Assembly: GCA_965198175.1 (NCBI GenBank)
Contig: OZ240245.1
Coordinates: 2,464,001 to 2,528,000, forward strand
From: Candidatus Poribacteria bacterium
GTDB taxonomy: Bacteria > Poribacteria > WGA-4E > PCPOR2b
Direction: 5' to 3'
DNA: 64,000 bases
Below, piece by piece: positions 51,885 through 62,234 of the stretch. The first letter of the stretch is position 1; each line of letters opens with the position of its first letter. Both the position numbers and the translations under genes were made by a program. The notes under the pieces are model-generated. The model ran no database searches, was not told the origin of the DNA, and saw nothing but the letters and a program-made list of their open reading frames with translations.

Positions 51885-52730
51885 TCAACCACCGCTCTGG
51901 TATTCCGGTGTTTGCCTGAGCCACGGCTGAAAGAGTTTGCGCTGGTCTTCATCGTACCGCGCCCAGGTCTCCGGCTTGATATGTTGGAGTTCGTCCCAAG
52001 TGGCAATATTTTGTGACATCATCCAACCCGGACCGTAGCCCACATGCAAAGTCTTACGCGGTTTATCCGACCGGATGGTAAACCCGCCGTGGCGCAAATT
52101 CTCAGTAAACACAATGGCGTCGCCGGATTTTACTTCAAGACCGATCATGCCGGGCTCGTCATCTACATGACATTGATAGGGCGGCGCGAACTCTGACTTG
52201 TGAGAGCCAGGCTCCACACAAAAGGAACCGTCCATGTCGCTAACATCGTGAGTAAAGTAAATAAAACGCACCATCATACATTCAATGCCTTTGGCATTTA
52301 CAGCGTAACGATATTTGTAACTGCGGCAATATGCACCACCATGGGTATCGCTGCAATTACCGGGGTAACGTATGCGCAATTCGGAGTTGTTGATGCCGAT
52401 TTCTTCCTGCACAAGGCTGGCGATGTAGGAATTGGTTTTCGGATGGTTGATGAGGAAATCGAAAGCCGAATCGAAGTTGAAAAAATCTTCAATAATCAAA
52501 GTTTGGCTATATTGGTGACCACCTGTGACATAGTACCCACGCTCTGAATTGAAATGATACTCATTACCAAAATTGCCGGTTTTGCGCGGTTCTAACTGGA
52601 AATTCTCAATCGCATGCTGCTCCAATGCGTCAATCGCCGGTTTTAGTCGGCTGACCTCTTCGTCCGTTAGGAAATTTCGCAGAATCAGAAAGCCCTGCCG
52701 GTCAAATTCGTACTGTTCAATCTCCGTCAT
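51885..52730 (-). CDS. Phytanoyl-CoA dioxygenase (PhyH) family protein
   Basis: YEFDRQGFL, HGG, PGSHKS, GDAIVFTENLRHG. Confidence 0.85.
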   Translation of the reverse strand: MTEIEQYEFDRQGFLILRNFLTDEEVSRLKPAIDALEQHAIENFQLEPRKTGNFGNEYHFNSERGYYVTGGHQYSQTLIIEDFFNFDSAFDFLINHPKTNSYIASLVQEEIGINNSELRIRYPGNCSDTHGGAYCRSYKYRYAVNAKGIECMMVRFIYFTHDVSDMDGSFCVEPGSHKSEFAPPYQCHVDDEPGMIGLEVKSGDAIVFTENLRHGGFTIRSDKPRKTLHVGYGPGWMMSQNIATWDELQHIKPETWARYDEDQRKLFQPWLRQTPEYQSGG

Positions 52731-52959
52731 AGTTCATCCACTCCCATGTTTATTTTTTCTACGTGGACAGCATTGTTGATACAATCTGTGAGCGTTCTCG
52801 CAGTTAACATTATACCACAGATTCACGAGGGGTTGCCGAGTTTCCGCGTATATGAGCTTTGCCATGAGATCCTGCAGAAGCGCAGGTTCTTGTGTGTGCG
52901 GTGCTATGGTATCTTCCATCGGTTTGGGTTGGAACAAATTTTGGATTACTTTTACTGGC

Positions 52960-52988
52960 TTGACATAGTCCCCAAATGAAGTTATTCT
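52960..52988 (+). promoter_or_regulatory. Putative sigma70 promoter
   Basis: TTGACA-N17-TATTCT upstream of the ABC exporter. Confidence 0.55.
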
Positions 52989-53148
52989 TTTACGGTGCTG
53001 CTAGAGTCAAGACAGTACGTCCGAAATCTTTCCCCACATGATTTTCTCATCAGGCAAGCAATATTAACTAGAAAGCCTCCGCCGTAAAGCAGTTGTGCAT
53101 CTACATACGTTGAACTGAAACGATCAAAAAAAAAAGGGAGAGGCTCCG

Positions 53149-54891
53149 ATCCGTAACCTACTTCGTCTAAAAAAATACGTCATTCACTACCGACTTGCAA
53201 TTATCTTTAGCTTTATTCTGGTTCTTTTTACCAACGGGCTTCTGCTGGTTAGCCCCAAAATCCTGATGTTGGTCATCGATGGTCTGGAGCAATCGATAAC
53301 CCCGCGGAAGGTTTTTTTCTATGCGCTCCTCATTTTCGGAGTTGCCCTCGGCGGCGGTGGAATTCTCTTCGCGCAGCGTCGAATCGTTAATGGCGTCGCC
53401 AGACGAATCGAATACCACTTGCGCAGCGATTTCTTTACACACCTGCAGAAGCTATCCGCTGCTTACTACAACAATGTCGGTACCGGCGATTTGATGGCGC
53501 GAGCGACGAGCGACATGAATGCGGTCCGTATGGTACTAAGCAACGCAATCATGTTCACGGCAGATGGCATCGTCTTTTTTGTTATGGCATTGGTCATAAT
53601 GCTAGAAATTGATGTGACCTTGACGCTGCTTGCGGTGCTCCCCTACCCGATTCTCGCACTTCTGATTCGAGAACTGGGAAAGCGGATCTACAGAAGTTAC
53701 GAACGGATACAAGAATCGTATTCAGCGATGAACACCAAGGTGCAGGAAAACCTGTCCGGCGTGCGTGTTGTTAAAGCCTATACCCTTGAACAGAGCGAAA
53801 TAGCGAGGTTCCGGAATCTCAACGAGGAGTTTGTGAATCGCAATCGTGCGCAAATTCGTCTCATCACCGTTTTCTTCCCACTGTTCCGGTTTCTACCTGG
53901 GATTGGCGGAATTGTTCTACTCTGGTTGGGTGGAACTCATGTCATTGAAGGAAAAATTACATTTGGCGACTTTGTGTCGTTCCTTTTTTATCTAATGATA
54001 CTTGTCCGCCCGATGTTACGACTTGGTTTCGTTGTCAACGCTTTTGAACGGGGCGCTGCGTCGATGGGAAGAATTAGCCAAATCCTTGATGAACAGCCCG
54101 AGATTTGCGACGCCGACAATGTACGTCGTGACATAAAAGCGATTCAGGGCGACATAGAATTTAGAAACCTCAATTTTGACTATCCCCACGGTCCGACCGT
54201 GCTCAAACATATCAACCTGAAAATCGATAGAGGGAAAACCGTCGCCATTGTCGGACCAACAGGTTGTGGCAAAACAACGCTTGTCAATCTGCTCCCATGC
54301 ATCTACAAAGCCGGACGCGGAATGATCTTCATTGATGGCGTGGATATTCGCGACATCCCGCTGCAAGTGCTCCGGTCGAATATCGGGTTCGTTGAACAGG
54401 AACCTTTCCTCTTCTCCGGCTCGCTGCGACATAACATCGGCTACGGTGTAGATAACGTGAGTGATGTCGACGTGAAGGAAGTTGCGAGGACCACGGATCT
54501 GCTGGGACAAATCGAGGAGTTTCCCGATGGGTTAGACACCTACTTGGGTGAGCGGGGCATCACAATTTCTGGCGGTCAGAAACAGCGGACTGCGCTCGCA
54601 CGAGCCATTACAATCCATCCGAGAATCCTCATCATGGATAGCGCCTTTGCCAATGTAGACACGCATACAGAAGATACAATTTTAAATCGCTTGAAGGATG
54701 TTATGGCTAAACGAACCACCATTATCATTTCTCATCGGATTTCGACCGTCAAATCGGCGGACCTTATCGTAGTAATGAAGGATGGTGAAATTGTTGAACG
54801 CGGCACGCATGAGATACTTCTCAAACGCAATGGTGTATACGCGGGAATTTACGAAAAGCAACTGCTACAAGAAGAACTAGACACGCTTTAA
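53149..54891 (+). CDS. ABC exporter, fused TMD-NBD (MdlA-like)
   Basis: GPTGCGKTT, ISGGQKQR, ISHR; first TM helix lies upstream of ATG 53266, so a start near ATC 53149 is inferred. Confidence 0.9.
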   Translation: MRNLLRLKKYVIHYRLAIIFSFILVLFTNGLLLVSPKILMLVIDGLEQSITPRKVFFYALLIFGVALGGGGILFAQRRIVNGVARRIEYHLRSDFFTHLQKLSAAYYNNVGTGDLMARATSDMNAVRMVLSNAIMFTADGIVFFVMALVIMLEIDVTLTLLAVLPYPILALLIRELGKRIYRSYERIQESYSAMNTKVQENLSGVRVVKAYTLEQSEIARFRNLNEEFVNRNRAQIRLITVFFPLFRFLPGIGGIVLLWLGGTHVIEGKITFGDFVSFLFYLMILVRPMLRLGFVVNAFERGAASMGRISQILDEQPEICDADNVRRDIKAIQGDIEFRNLNFDYPHGPTVLKHINLKIDRGKTVAIVGPTGCGKTTLVNLLPCIYKAGRGMIFIDGVDIRDIPLQVLRSNIGFVEQEPFLFSGSLRHNIGYGVDNVSDVDVKEVARTTDLLGQIEEFPDGLDTYLGERGITISGGQKQRTALARAITIHPRILIMDSAFANVDTHTEDTILNRLKDVMAKRTTIIISHRISTVKSADLIVVMKDGEIVERGTHEILLKRNGVYAGIYEKQLLQEELDTL

Positions 54892-55043
54892 TCGGAATGC
54901 ACGGATTCGAAGGGATTCCGCATCGTTGCAACGGGAAAACCCCAATCTATCTGTGTTTTTGGGGCTGGCAAGTGTAAGCAGAATTGAATGGTCAGGATCA
55001 TACGTCAGCGATGCGGAAGTTGATTATTGCGGCGCGGTGCAGG

Positions 55044-56078
55044 TTATCCTATTGGCGAATACTCAACCCGCAAGTTGTCTCGGGCGTATCCAAAGTGGGA
55101 AATTACCTTGTATGCCCGTTCCTTCACTTGCTTCGCACCTCCGTGGATGTTGACATAGATACGACTCTCGTTGACTTTGTAGTGTGCCTGAAAATCGTTA
55201 GGATTTCTCGAAAAATAAACTGCGCCGTTGGACCCCTTGCAATCTAATGCGGCTGCTTCAAATCTATCCTTATGTTTTGTGTGTAATATATTGCACAATT
55301 CCCTCAACACACTTCTCCAAGATTCTACCGAGTACGAGTCTTTAAGAAATGTAAAACTTTGAGGTCTCGTGCCGGTTACATCGTCTGATTCTGGCGCCTC
55401 ACTTGAGGTGTTGACAGGTGGTTCAGGAACTGCCGCTTCGGGCGCCGTCTGATTGTCTACCGGTGACAGGAACTGTTCGACTTCGTTCGTGTTCGGTCTG
55501 TAGCCGCATAGCTCCTCCGTCTCGCCTATGAGACGAACCACTATTTCGGGCCTCACTGCCTCCCATGCTCTGGGTAGGTTCTCCAAAATCCGACGGTACC
55601 TGAGAAGTGTTTCTGCGCTTTGGGTGTTCTCCCCGGATATTACATTCTCTTTGCTCAAGAGGGATATGAGTCGTTGAGGCAACTCTGGTTCATTAATGTC
55701 TACTGCGGCAAATTTTCGGTTTTCCCAACTCCCCTCGCTAAGCGGAAGATAGAACCACCAGGCTGTGCCATTGGTGAGTACAGCCATGGCAACCCCTAGC
55801 CGAAAAGCGTAATTCAGAAGCTGTTCCTGATGTCCGTCAAGTGGCTCGTCCTCTTTCTTCGCTTCGATAAACACCTTCGCAGTCTGATTGTGTGATAACG
55901 CATAGTCTACCCCACCACCCACATTGTATTCCGTTACTACTTCATCATCAGACTCATCATTCCAACCCAAAGGGTGAAGTACCGGAATAATTAGACCCAG
56001 ACACACGATGGCTTCGCTTCGATTCGTTAGGTCATTCGAGCGCCATTTCGCTATAACTCTCCGAATTTCTTCTAACAT
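55044..56078 (-). CDS. HsdR-N-like PD-(D/E)XK nuclease with C-terminal (possibly SeqA-like) domain
   Basis: IIPVLHPLGW, VDYAL..IEAKK, QLLNYA, LTNGTAW. Confidence 0.8.
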   Translation of the reverse strand: MLEEIRRVIAKWRSNDLTNRSEAIVCLGLIIPVLHPLGWNDESDDEVVTEYNVGGGVDYALSHNQTAKVFIEAKKEDEPLDGHQEQLLNYAFRLGVAMAVLTNGTAWWFYLPLSEGSWENRKFAAVDINEPELPQRLISLLSKENVISGENTQSAETLLRYRRILENLPRAWEAVRPEIVVRLIGETEELCGYRPNTNEVEQFLSPVDNQTAPEAAVPEPPVNTSSEAPESDDVTGTRPQSFTFLKDSYSVESWRSVLRELCNILHTKHKDRFEAAALDCKGSNGAVYFSRNPNDFQAHYKVNESRIYVNIHGGAKQVKERAYKVISHFGYARDNLRVEYSPIG

Positions 56079-56145
56079 AAGCATTCTCCACATCAACACG
56101 ACAACTGTCACATCGACCCGTGCGTTTAGAATCGCTGAAGTTTTT

Positions 56146-56312
56146 GTAGGTTGGGTTAAGCGGGTTACACCGAATTCATTTCTATGGAGAATTGCCGTTC
56201 CGAATACCGAACCAACGTTATTTGCAACATGCGCGTAGCGTAACCCAACGCTTTTCTGTCGTCCGGAGTTCTCAAAAGAGTTGGGTTTCGCCGTAGGCTA
56301 AACCCAACCTAC
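56146..56312. repeat. GTAG-type REP doublet (REPIN-like)
   Basis: GTAGGTTGGGTT ... AACCCAACCTAC terminal inverted repeat with inner AACCCAAC/GTTGGGTT. Confidence 0.75.
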
Positions 56313-56325
56313 AAGAACTAAAGCC

Positions 56326-56520
56326 CTTGAAGGATGTTATGGCTGAACGAACTACCATCATCATTTCCCACCGAGTCTCCAACGTCAAATCTCATCGTCG
56401 TAATGAAGGATGGTGAGATTGTTGAGCGGGGCACGCATGAGGTACTTCTCAATCGTAACGGAGTTTACGCGGGAATTTACGAAAAGCAACTGCTGCAAGA
56501 AGAACTAGATACACTTTAAT
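56326..56520 (+). pseudogene. Diverged duplicate of the ABC exporter 3' end
   Basis: Aligns to 54690-54892 with substitutions and an 8-nt deletion. Confidence 0.9.
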
Positions 56521-56619
56521 GTGATGTTCTCCCCTTAACAACTTACTATTACCCACAAGTCCGGAATATTGCACGAGGCGGACACTCGCAAGTTAAGCAC
56601 AGGACATTTACGCACAGTA

Positions 56620-56754
56620 ACATACCGCTTCGCTGGAGCGAAACCCTTCTAACCGCATCACACCCACAAATATAACAATGTCTTGCACTCCAGCGGAGTG
56701 CGATGTCTATAGCCAAGACGTGCCCGAGTCACCCGCTCCAGCGGAGCGGTATGT
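56620..56754. repeat. MITE/REP-like inverted-repeat element
   Basis: ACATACCGCTTCGCTGGAGCG ... CGCTCCAGCGGAGCGGTATGT (1 mismatch), inner GCACTCCAGCGGAGTGC. Confidence 0.65.
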
Positions 56755-56965
56755 GGATATCTGCGATAATTCGCTCTTTCCAAGAAAGCATGATACCCTC
56801 TCATTAGAGATATGTGTAATAGTAAGCTTAACAAGAGGGGGTTAGAGGGGTTGCGGTACAAAGTACTCGCGGCGGTGGTTCGCCATGAGCACATTGAAAA
56901 TTGAACTCGACGACTAGAGCTGAGAAACACAATACCTCGCGTTTCAAGTTGCGCAACCGTCCGCG

Positions 56966-57874
56966 TTAGTCGGGAAGCTCATAATCCCACGTTTGCGTCC
57001 AGTTCGGCAGATAGCCTTCGGTCTTCTCAAATCCATAAGACCTGGCAATTTGGCGGGAGTGCACATGGGGCCACGCTTGCCCACCAATTATCCGAAATTC
57101 GTCCCCCTTGCCGCATAACCAGTATAACATGTGCGCAATGTATCTGGAAAGCTGATGACCTCCATAATAAGTCGTTTGAAAGTCAAAGTCCGGCTCAATA
57201 ATCCAATCCCTTGTTGGAGGCACCGTTCGCCAATAATTGTATTTCAGCATATGACGCGTCCCCTTCGCCGTGGATTCGCCTTTGCGATGCAAAATACTTT
57301 GGTGATGGATGATAAGTGAACCCGCCGGGCCAGCGGTCGCAATCCCCTTATCCCCGGCATGCCACGGTTGCGGGCGGAGATGCGACTCCGGCACAATCCC
57401 AGTGGGGCCTAGTTCGACTGGGGTGTCTTGCGGATAGTAGAAGACTTCGACAAAATTGACCTCCGGCCCAAATATACAATCGTGATCTTGATGCCAATTC
57501 TGGGGTGGCCCCGGACATTCAGTTCGGTGATGACTAATTAAAATTGGCAACCCGATGTGCCTCCCCAGTAGTGACCGCAATATACCTGCAACCTGTGGAT
57601 TGAGGGTGACGTGTTCAATAAACCAATCTTCAAGCAAAAGTGTGCTATTCGTCGCACTGCGAATTCGATCTAAATCCTGAGTTGACATTCCCTCAGGAAT
57701 GTAACTCGGGTTAGCCGGTAGCCTTCCTTCCAGATACTCAATAGCCCTACGATTAATTTCATCGGGGACAACGCCTTCCAGAATCAGATACCCAGACCGG
57801 CAAAATTCGAGCACCTGTGAGTCAGTTAGTGTTGGCTCACAGTCAAATGTCCTGTTTTCTTTATCGTATTTCAT
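56966..57874 (-). CDS. Phytanoyl-CoA dioxygenase (PhyH) family protein
   Basis: WHQD, YYPQDTP..GPT..PESH, ILHR. Confidence 0.85.
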   Translation of the reverse strand: MKYDKENRTFDCEPTLTDSQVLEFCRSGYLILEGVVPDEINRRAIEYLEGRLPANPSYIPEGMSTQDLDRIRSATNSTLLLEDWFIEHVTLNPQVAGILRSLLGRHIGLPILISHHRTECPGPPQNWHQDHDCIFGPEVNFVEVFYYPQDTPVELGPTGIVPESHLRPQPWHAGDKGIATAGPAGSLIIHHQSILHRKGESTAKGTRHMLKYNYWRTVPPTRDWIIEPDFDFQTTYYGGHQLSRYIAHMLYWLCGKGDEFRIIGGQAWPHVHSRQIARSYGFEKTEGYLPNWTQTWDYELPD

Positions 57875-58006
57875 CTTGGATTACCTCCATGGTTGTGAAA
57901 TATCTTGGATGGTGTACTATCACTAAAAATGTAGTCTGCTCCCACATCTATGCTTAGGTTATAGGTAATACGAAGGATATCTACAAGCCCTTCGAAATGT
58001 AGTCTC

Positions 58007-59620
58007 TCATAAGCTAAATTCCCACAAATAACGCAGTTGGCATTCCAGTTCATCGCTCTGTTTACGAACTCCGCTTTGATGACCTTTATTTCGCGTGATG
58101 GCATGCTGATAAGCGATGTCCAACTGCCATGAGCGGATCGGTTCATAAACCAGCCGAAATCCCGCACCGTCCCTGCGCTCGACCACACCGGAAGGAAACG
58201 GAATCGAATCGGAATCTTCATTTCGAAAGCGATTTTCAACACCGGCTTCGCCCTGACGCTCGAATTCGTAGAAGAGAGCGAAGAAGGCATCAGGGTTGAT
58301 TAGGTACCCTCCCTCTAGATAAAAGGTATCCGCGTCTGTGCCAATGCGATGCCCGATAATCGATCCGAAATGCGTGAATTGGTTTTCTTGTACAAGGTGT
58401 GTATACGCCCAGCGGCTCACGCGAGCATACTCGGCGCGAATGCTCAGTTTTTTCGATGCAAGCAGGCAATTACATTCCAACCCTGCTAACCAAGCAACAG
58501 CGTTCGGATCATTGGTATTCGCATACTGAAAATCGTCAATCAGCCATTCACCGTACAATCGAGCCCCATCAACGGGGCGAATCGACCCTTCGAACAAGAA
58601 CATCACATTGTCGTCGGTGTCGGAATTGTACTGGCTCGCGTAGTAGGGCAGAATCGGATTAAGGTACTGCCATTCAACACCTCTTGAATTACCGCCATAC
58701 AGAATCAACTCAGAAATGCCGACTTCAATTCGGTCGCTCACCTGCCAATCCAGCCGATGTCCAGCGAGATACCGATTCGCAAGGTACCGCCGCGCTGGAC
58801 CGTCCTGATCATGCCATATCCGATCCAACTGCGCTGTGAACGCCGATCCCTTGACTTGCCCAAATTGTCCTGTCAACAGTATGAGGTCAAACGGCGGTGA
58901 GTTGTCAGAAATTCCAACCGCACCCCGAAATCCCGTACCCCAAAAGATTTGGTCTCGCCCAATTAAGACATCAAATTTAGAAACCGGGAAACGTAAGTAG
59001 ACTCGTTTAAAGTCCGCAGTATAACCGCTGTGCCACGCATTTAAGCGTTTGGAGGCTGATATTGTTTCAGTGCGATATTTTTCCGGAAATTTCCCGACCT
59101 CGAATTCTTGATAGAGCGTTATCCGCCTGTCCACATCATAATAAAACGCGCCCTCGTACGCTGGTGAAATCTTTGAATCCGATTTTGGCGTGCGCAACTG
59201 CACCGTACCACGCATACGAAACCGATGCCCCCGTTCCACACCTGATAAGATGGCGAGTTCCCGCTCAAACTCACGTTTTAACTTATCAAGCAGATGTACG
59301 TGAATCTGCGCCGGCTTCACACGCCCGGTGGCAATTCGATCCTCCGCTTGACGAATCGCTATAGCAACCTCCCAGCGCGTCCGGGGTCGCGTATGCCGAT
59401 GGAAACCGCCTGTCACCCCATCGGTTTCCAATTTTTCCAGCGCGAAGTCTACCCAACGGTCAAAATGAAGCGTTACGTTCGGAAGGGCGTACGTAAATTT
59501 CGCTGCGAGGAAAGTGCTAACACACCAAAGAATCAGACACCAAAAAATCGGGAGTGCTCTAACGCCGAAAAACTGTTTTTGACGTGTGAAGCATTGGAGT
59601 GAAGAACGAAGCGGTTTCAT
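58007..59620 (-). CDS. Capsule assembly Wzi family outer-membrane protein
   Basis: GRDQIFWG, ISDNSPPFD, AGHRL, YGEWLIDD; aromatic C-terminus. Confidence 0.75.
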   Translation of the reverse strand: MKPLRSSLQCFTRQKQFFGVRALPIFWCLILWCVSTFLAAKFTYALPNVTLHFDRWVDFALEKLETDGVTGGFHRHTRPRTRWEVAIAIRQAEDRIATGRVKPAQIHVHLLDKLKREFERELAILSGVERGHRFRMRGTVQLRTPKSDSKISPAYEGAFYYDVDRRITLYQEFEVGKFPEKYRTETISASKRLNAWHSGYTADFKRVYLRFPVSKFDVLIGRDQIFWGTGFRGAVGISDNSPPFDLILLTGQFGQVKGSAFTAQLDRIWHDQDGPARRYLANRYLAGHRLDWQVSDRIEVGISELILYGGNSRGVEWQYLNPILPYYASQYNSDTDDNVMFLFEGSIRPVDGARLYGEWLIDDFQYANTNDPNAVAWLAGLECNCLLASKKLSIRAEYARVSRWAYTHLVQENQFTHFGSIIGHRIGTDADTFYLEGGYLINPDAFFALFYEFERQGEAGVENRFRNEDSDSIPFPSGVVERRDGAGFRLVYEPIRSWQLDIAYQHAITRNKGHQSGVRKQSDELECQLRYLWEFSL

Positions 59621-59725
59621 CGCATAACAGCTTAATCGAATTCTGAATAAAAGTCAAACACGAATTTCACCCGAAATCTGCCGTTCAATTTTGCCTGTCA
59701 GATCTCAGACCTCGCACACCCAACT

Positions 59726-62122
59726 TCAGTTGTCTCCTGAGAGGTTCAGCTTTTTGACCGTGATTGTCGTGTATTGTTCTTCGCCCTCTACAATCTGGAT
59801 AGACTGATTCGAGGGAACATTGTGGAATATCTGCGTAACGTCGGCGGTTGGCCAGAAAATTTCTAGGCGCTCAATCTTTGAGGCATTGCCCAAGCCGATA
59901 GTTTGCCGTAGCGGATTCGCCCCAAAGGTGCCGCCGCTGTTGACGTGCTTGTAGATGGAGCGCCGCGACCCGTTGTTGACGACTTCCGCACGGATGCGCG
60001 CGCCGATTGCCGAGCGGTTCGAGCGAACGCCGATGAGTCTAACGGTAATCCAATGATTGCCGAAGCCCGGATTTTCATATAAGACGTTGTTGTACGCGTC
60101 GCCCGGCAGCGCGCCGCCCATCTGCTCGAAGATATCCTGATCACCGTCGTTGTCGAGATCAGCGAAGACCGCGCCGTGTCCTTTCTGCAAGTGGCTGAAC
60201 CCGCCGGCAACACTCACATCTGCGAACCGCTTCCCGCCCTGATTCCGGCACATGACGTTCGGCATGATATTCTCATAGTCCGGATATCCGGTGCCGAGGT
60301 AAAAATCGAGGTAGCCATCGCTGTCCAAGTCGCCGAAGTTAGAACCCATCGGCGCCGTGGGGCGTATCAGGTTATATTGCCGTGCGACTTCCTCAAAACC
60401 CCCGACCCCATTCCCGCGGTAAAGACGAGCCAACTCGGTTTCCACAGGTATATCAAGCCAACTCGCCGCGAGGTGCTCAATGTTAGCAGAATATGCCGAC
60501 ACATACAGATCTAGTGTCCCGTCATTGTCAAAATCCCAAAACCAGGCGGGAAAGCTGACCTCCGGAAGGTCAACCTTTAGTTTTCTAGCGGTATTCGTGA
60601 ATGTGCCGTCACCGTTGTTGTGATACAAACGGTTGCCGCCTTTGTAATTGGATACGTATAAATCAAGCCAGCGATCGCCGTCGTAGTCGCCCCAGATCGC
60701 CGATTTGGAAAAACGATAGTTTTGTACGCCCGCCTTCGCAGCCACATCGGTAAATGTCCCATCTCCGTTGTTGCGGAACAGCTGGCATGGCGCACGCAGC
60801 GCCTTTGAAGATTCGTTACCAATGTATAGGTCGAGATAGCCGTCATTGTCGTAATCGCCCCACGACGCCGTCCCACTCGGATAATGCCTCTCGCCCAGAC
60901 CGGCATCGAAAGTGACATCCGTGAATGCGGCGTCCCCGTTATTGCGCAGCAAGGAGTTCGGATGTTGGCCTTCATCCTCAATCCATGCGCCTCGCAGTAC
61001 GAGGATATCGGTGTCCCCATCGTTGTCATAGTCCGCTTGAACCATGTTCAACCCGCCATATATGCCTGCCAGCCCGGCTGCCTCAGTCCGTTCCGAGAAA
61101 GTCCCGTCCTGATTGTTTCTGAACAAGCGGATCTGCCCGTCGGTGTCCCATGTCGATGTTATTATGTCGAGGTAGTCATCATTGTCAAAATCGTCGACAA
61201 TCACGCCGCCTGACAAATCGAACGTATCAAGCCCCAATCTCGGCGCAATATTCGCGAAACGCGGTATTTCTTCCTCTGATTCGAAGGCTTTCGGCGGAAT
61301 AAGATAAGACTTGGGCACCCGATCAGGGTAACCCCCAATAGTCATATACGCAATGTTAATCAACCATTGGGATCCCAGATGAAGAGAATCGTGTTTTGGC
61401 GTTCTTTGAAGCACCTCGCTGAAAAATTCGATTGCTTTTTGGGAAGACTCTTGCTGTGTATGAATCCCGCCGTCTCGTAAAGGTAAAATGCAGCTCTCCG
61501 GTCTGTTGCGCAGGCAGCAGTTCTGTGTTTCGCCGCGCCGCATGTACGCGACACCAAGTCGATAGTGATTTAGATTTAATACCTCCACCGGAACCGCCTC
61601 CTGATGTGTCCGGGTGAGGTGAAGCGCGCGCTCGAGATAGTCAATTCCTTCTAGTTCATTCCCCAAGCGGAGTAATTCGTGTCCTAATTGCATATAAGCC
61701 ATCCATGTCGTCCGATCGGACGTTTCGGTAGGCAACTCGGCAAGCCGCTTGCGAAGCGTGCGTGCCTTTGCATCTCCGAGGAAGGAGTTCTCGTCCGATG
61801 TTGCATCCGCAATCTCTTGTAGCAATCTCAGCATCCGTTCGTGCCCTGACGTTGCTATAGGTGACACTGTCTCTGCGGGCGCTGATGCCTCTGCTGTCGA
61901 ACCTACGGATTTTGCACCCGTAACGCTGAACAAGTTGTCGTCTGCCGTAGACACCACCGCACCGGCGCCTACCATCCCGATGATAATCAGAACGCCTAAG
62001 TAAATTGAAATTAGGTTTGTCGCCTTGCGGATTTCCGAATTCTGGGGGTTGGCAATCTGCTCGCGGTGCTTACATTTCTCCTTGTCATCGCAAGGACACA
62101 GACAGTTGTTGTTAGTTTTCAT
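59726..62122 (-). CDS. CRTAC1-like protein (TPR + FG-GAP repeats + ASPIC/UnbV)
   Basis: Many DxDNDGxxD repeats; NRSAIGARI, GGTFGANPL, IGLG. Confidence 0.9.
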   Translation of the reverse strand: MKTNNNCLCPCDDKEKCKHREQIANPQNSEIRKATNLISIYLGVLIIIGMVGAGAVVSTADDNLFSVTGAKSVGSTAEASAPAETVSPIATSGHERMLRLLQEIADATSDENSFLGDAKARTLRKRLAELPTETSDRTTWMAYMQLGHELLRLGNELEGIDYLERALHLTRTHQEAVPVEVLNLNHYRLGVAYMRRGETQNCCLRNRPESCILPLRDGGIHTQQESSQKAIEFFSEVLQRTPKHDSLHLGSQWLINIAYMTIGGYPDRVPKSYLIPPKAFESEEEIPRFANIAPRLGLDTFDLSGGVIVDDFDNDDYLDIITSTWDTDGQIRLFRNNQDGTFSERTEAAGLAGIYGGLNMVQADYDNDGDTDILVLRGAWIEDEGQHPNSLLRNNGDAAFTDVTFDAGLGERHYPSGTASWGDYDNDGYLDLYIGNESSKALRAPCQLFRNNGDGTFTDVAAKAGVQNYRFSKSAIWGDYDGDRWLDLYVSNYKGGNRLYHNNGDGTFTNTARKLKVDLPEVSFPAWFWDFDNDGTLDLYVSAYSANIEHLAASWLDIPVETELARLYRGNGVGGFEEVARQYNLIRPTAPMGSNFGDLDSDGYLDFYLGTGYPDYENIMPNVMCRNQGGKRFADVSVAGGFSHLQKGHGAVFADLDNDGDQDIFEQMGGALPGDAYNNVLYENPGFGNHWITVRLIGVRSNRSAIGARIRAEVVNNGSRRSIYKHVNSGGTFGANPLRQTIGLGNASKIERLEIFWPTADVTQIFHNVPSNQSIQIVEGEEQYTTITVKKLNLSGDN

Positions 62123-62234
62123 GAGTTTTCCTTTCCCGGGCACAAAGTCCGAAGCTAACGCTTTGGCTCACGGTTTAATCTCTCGATTTGCTGAATCGAG
62201 GCTAGACGCCCAACAAAGCGCATTGGATTGGAGA

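Noticed and set aside
51839..52006. Long overlap between the membrane protein and PhyH gene
   Set aside because: Artefact of longest-ORF calling; a downstream start removes it
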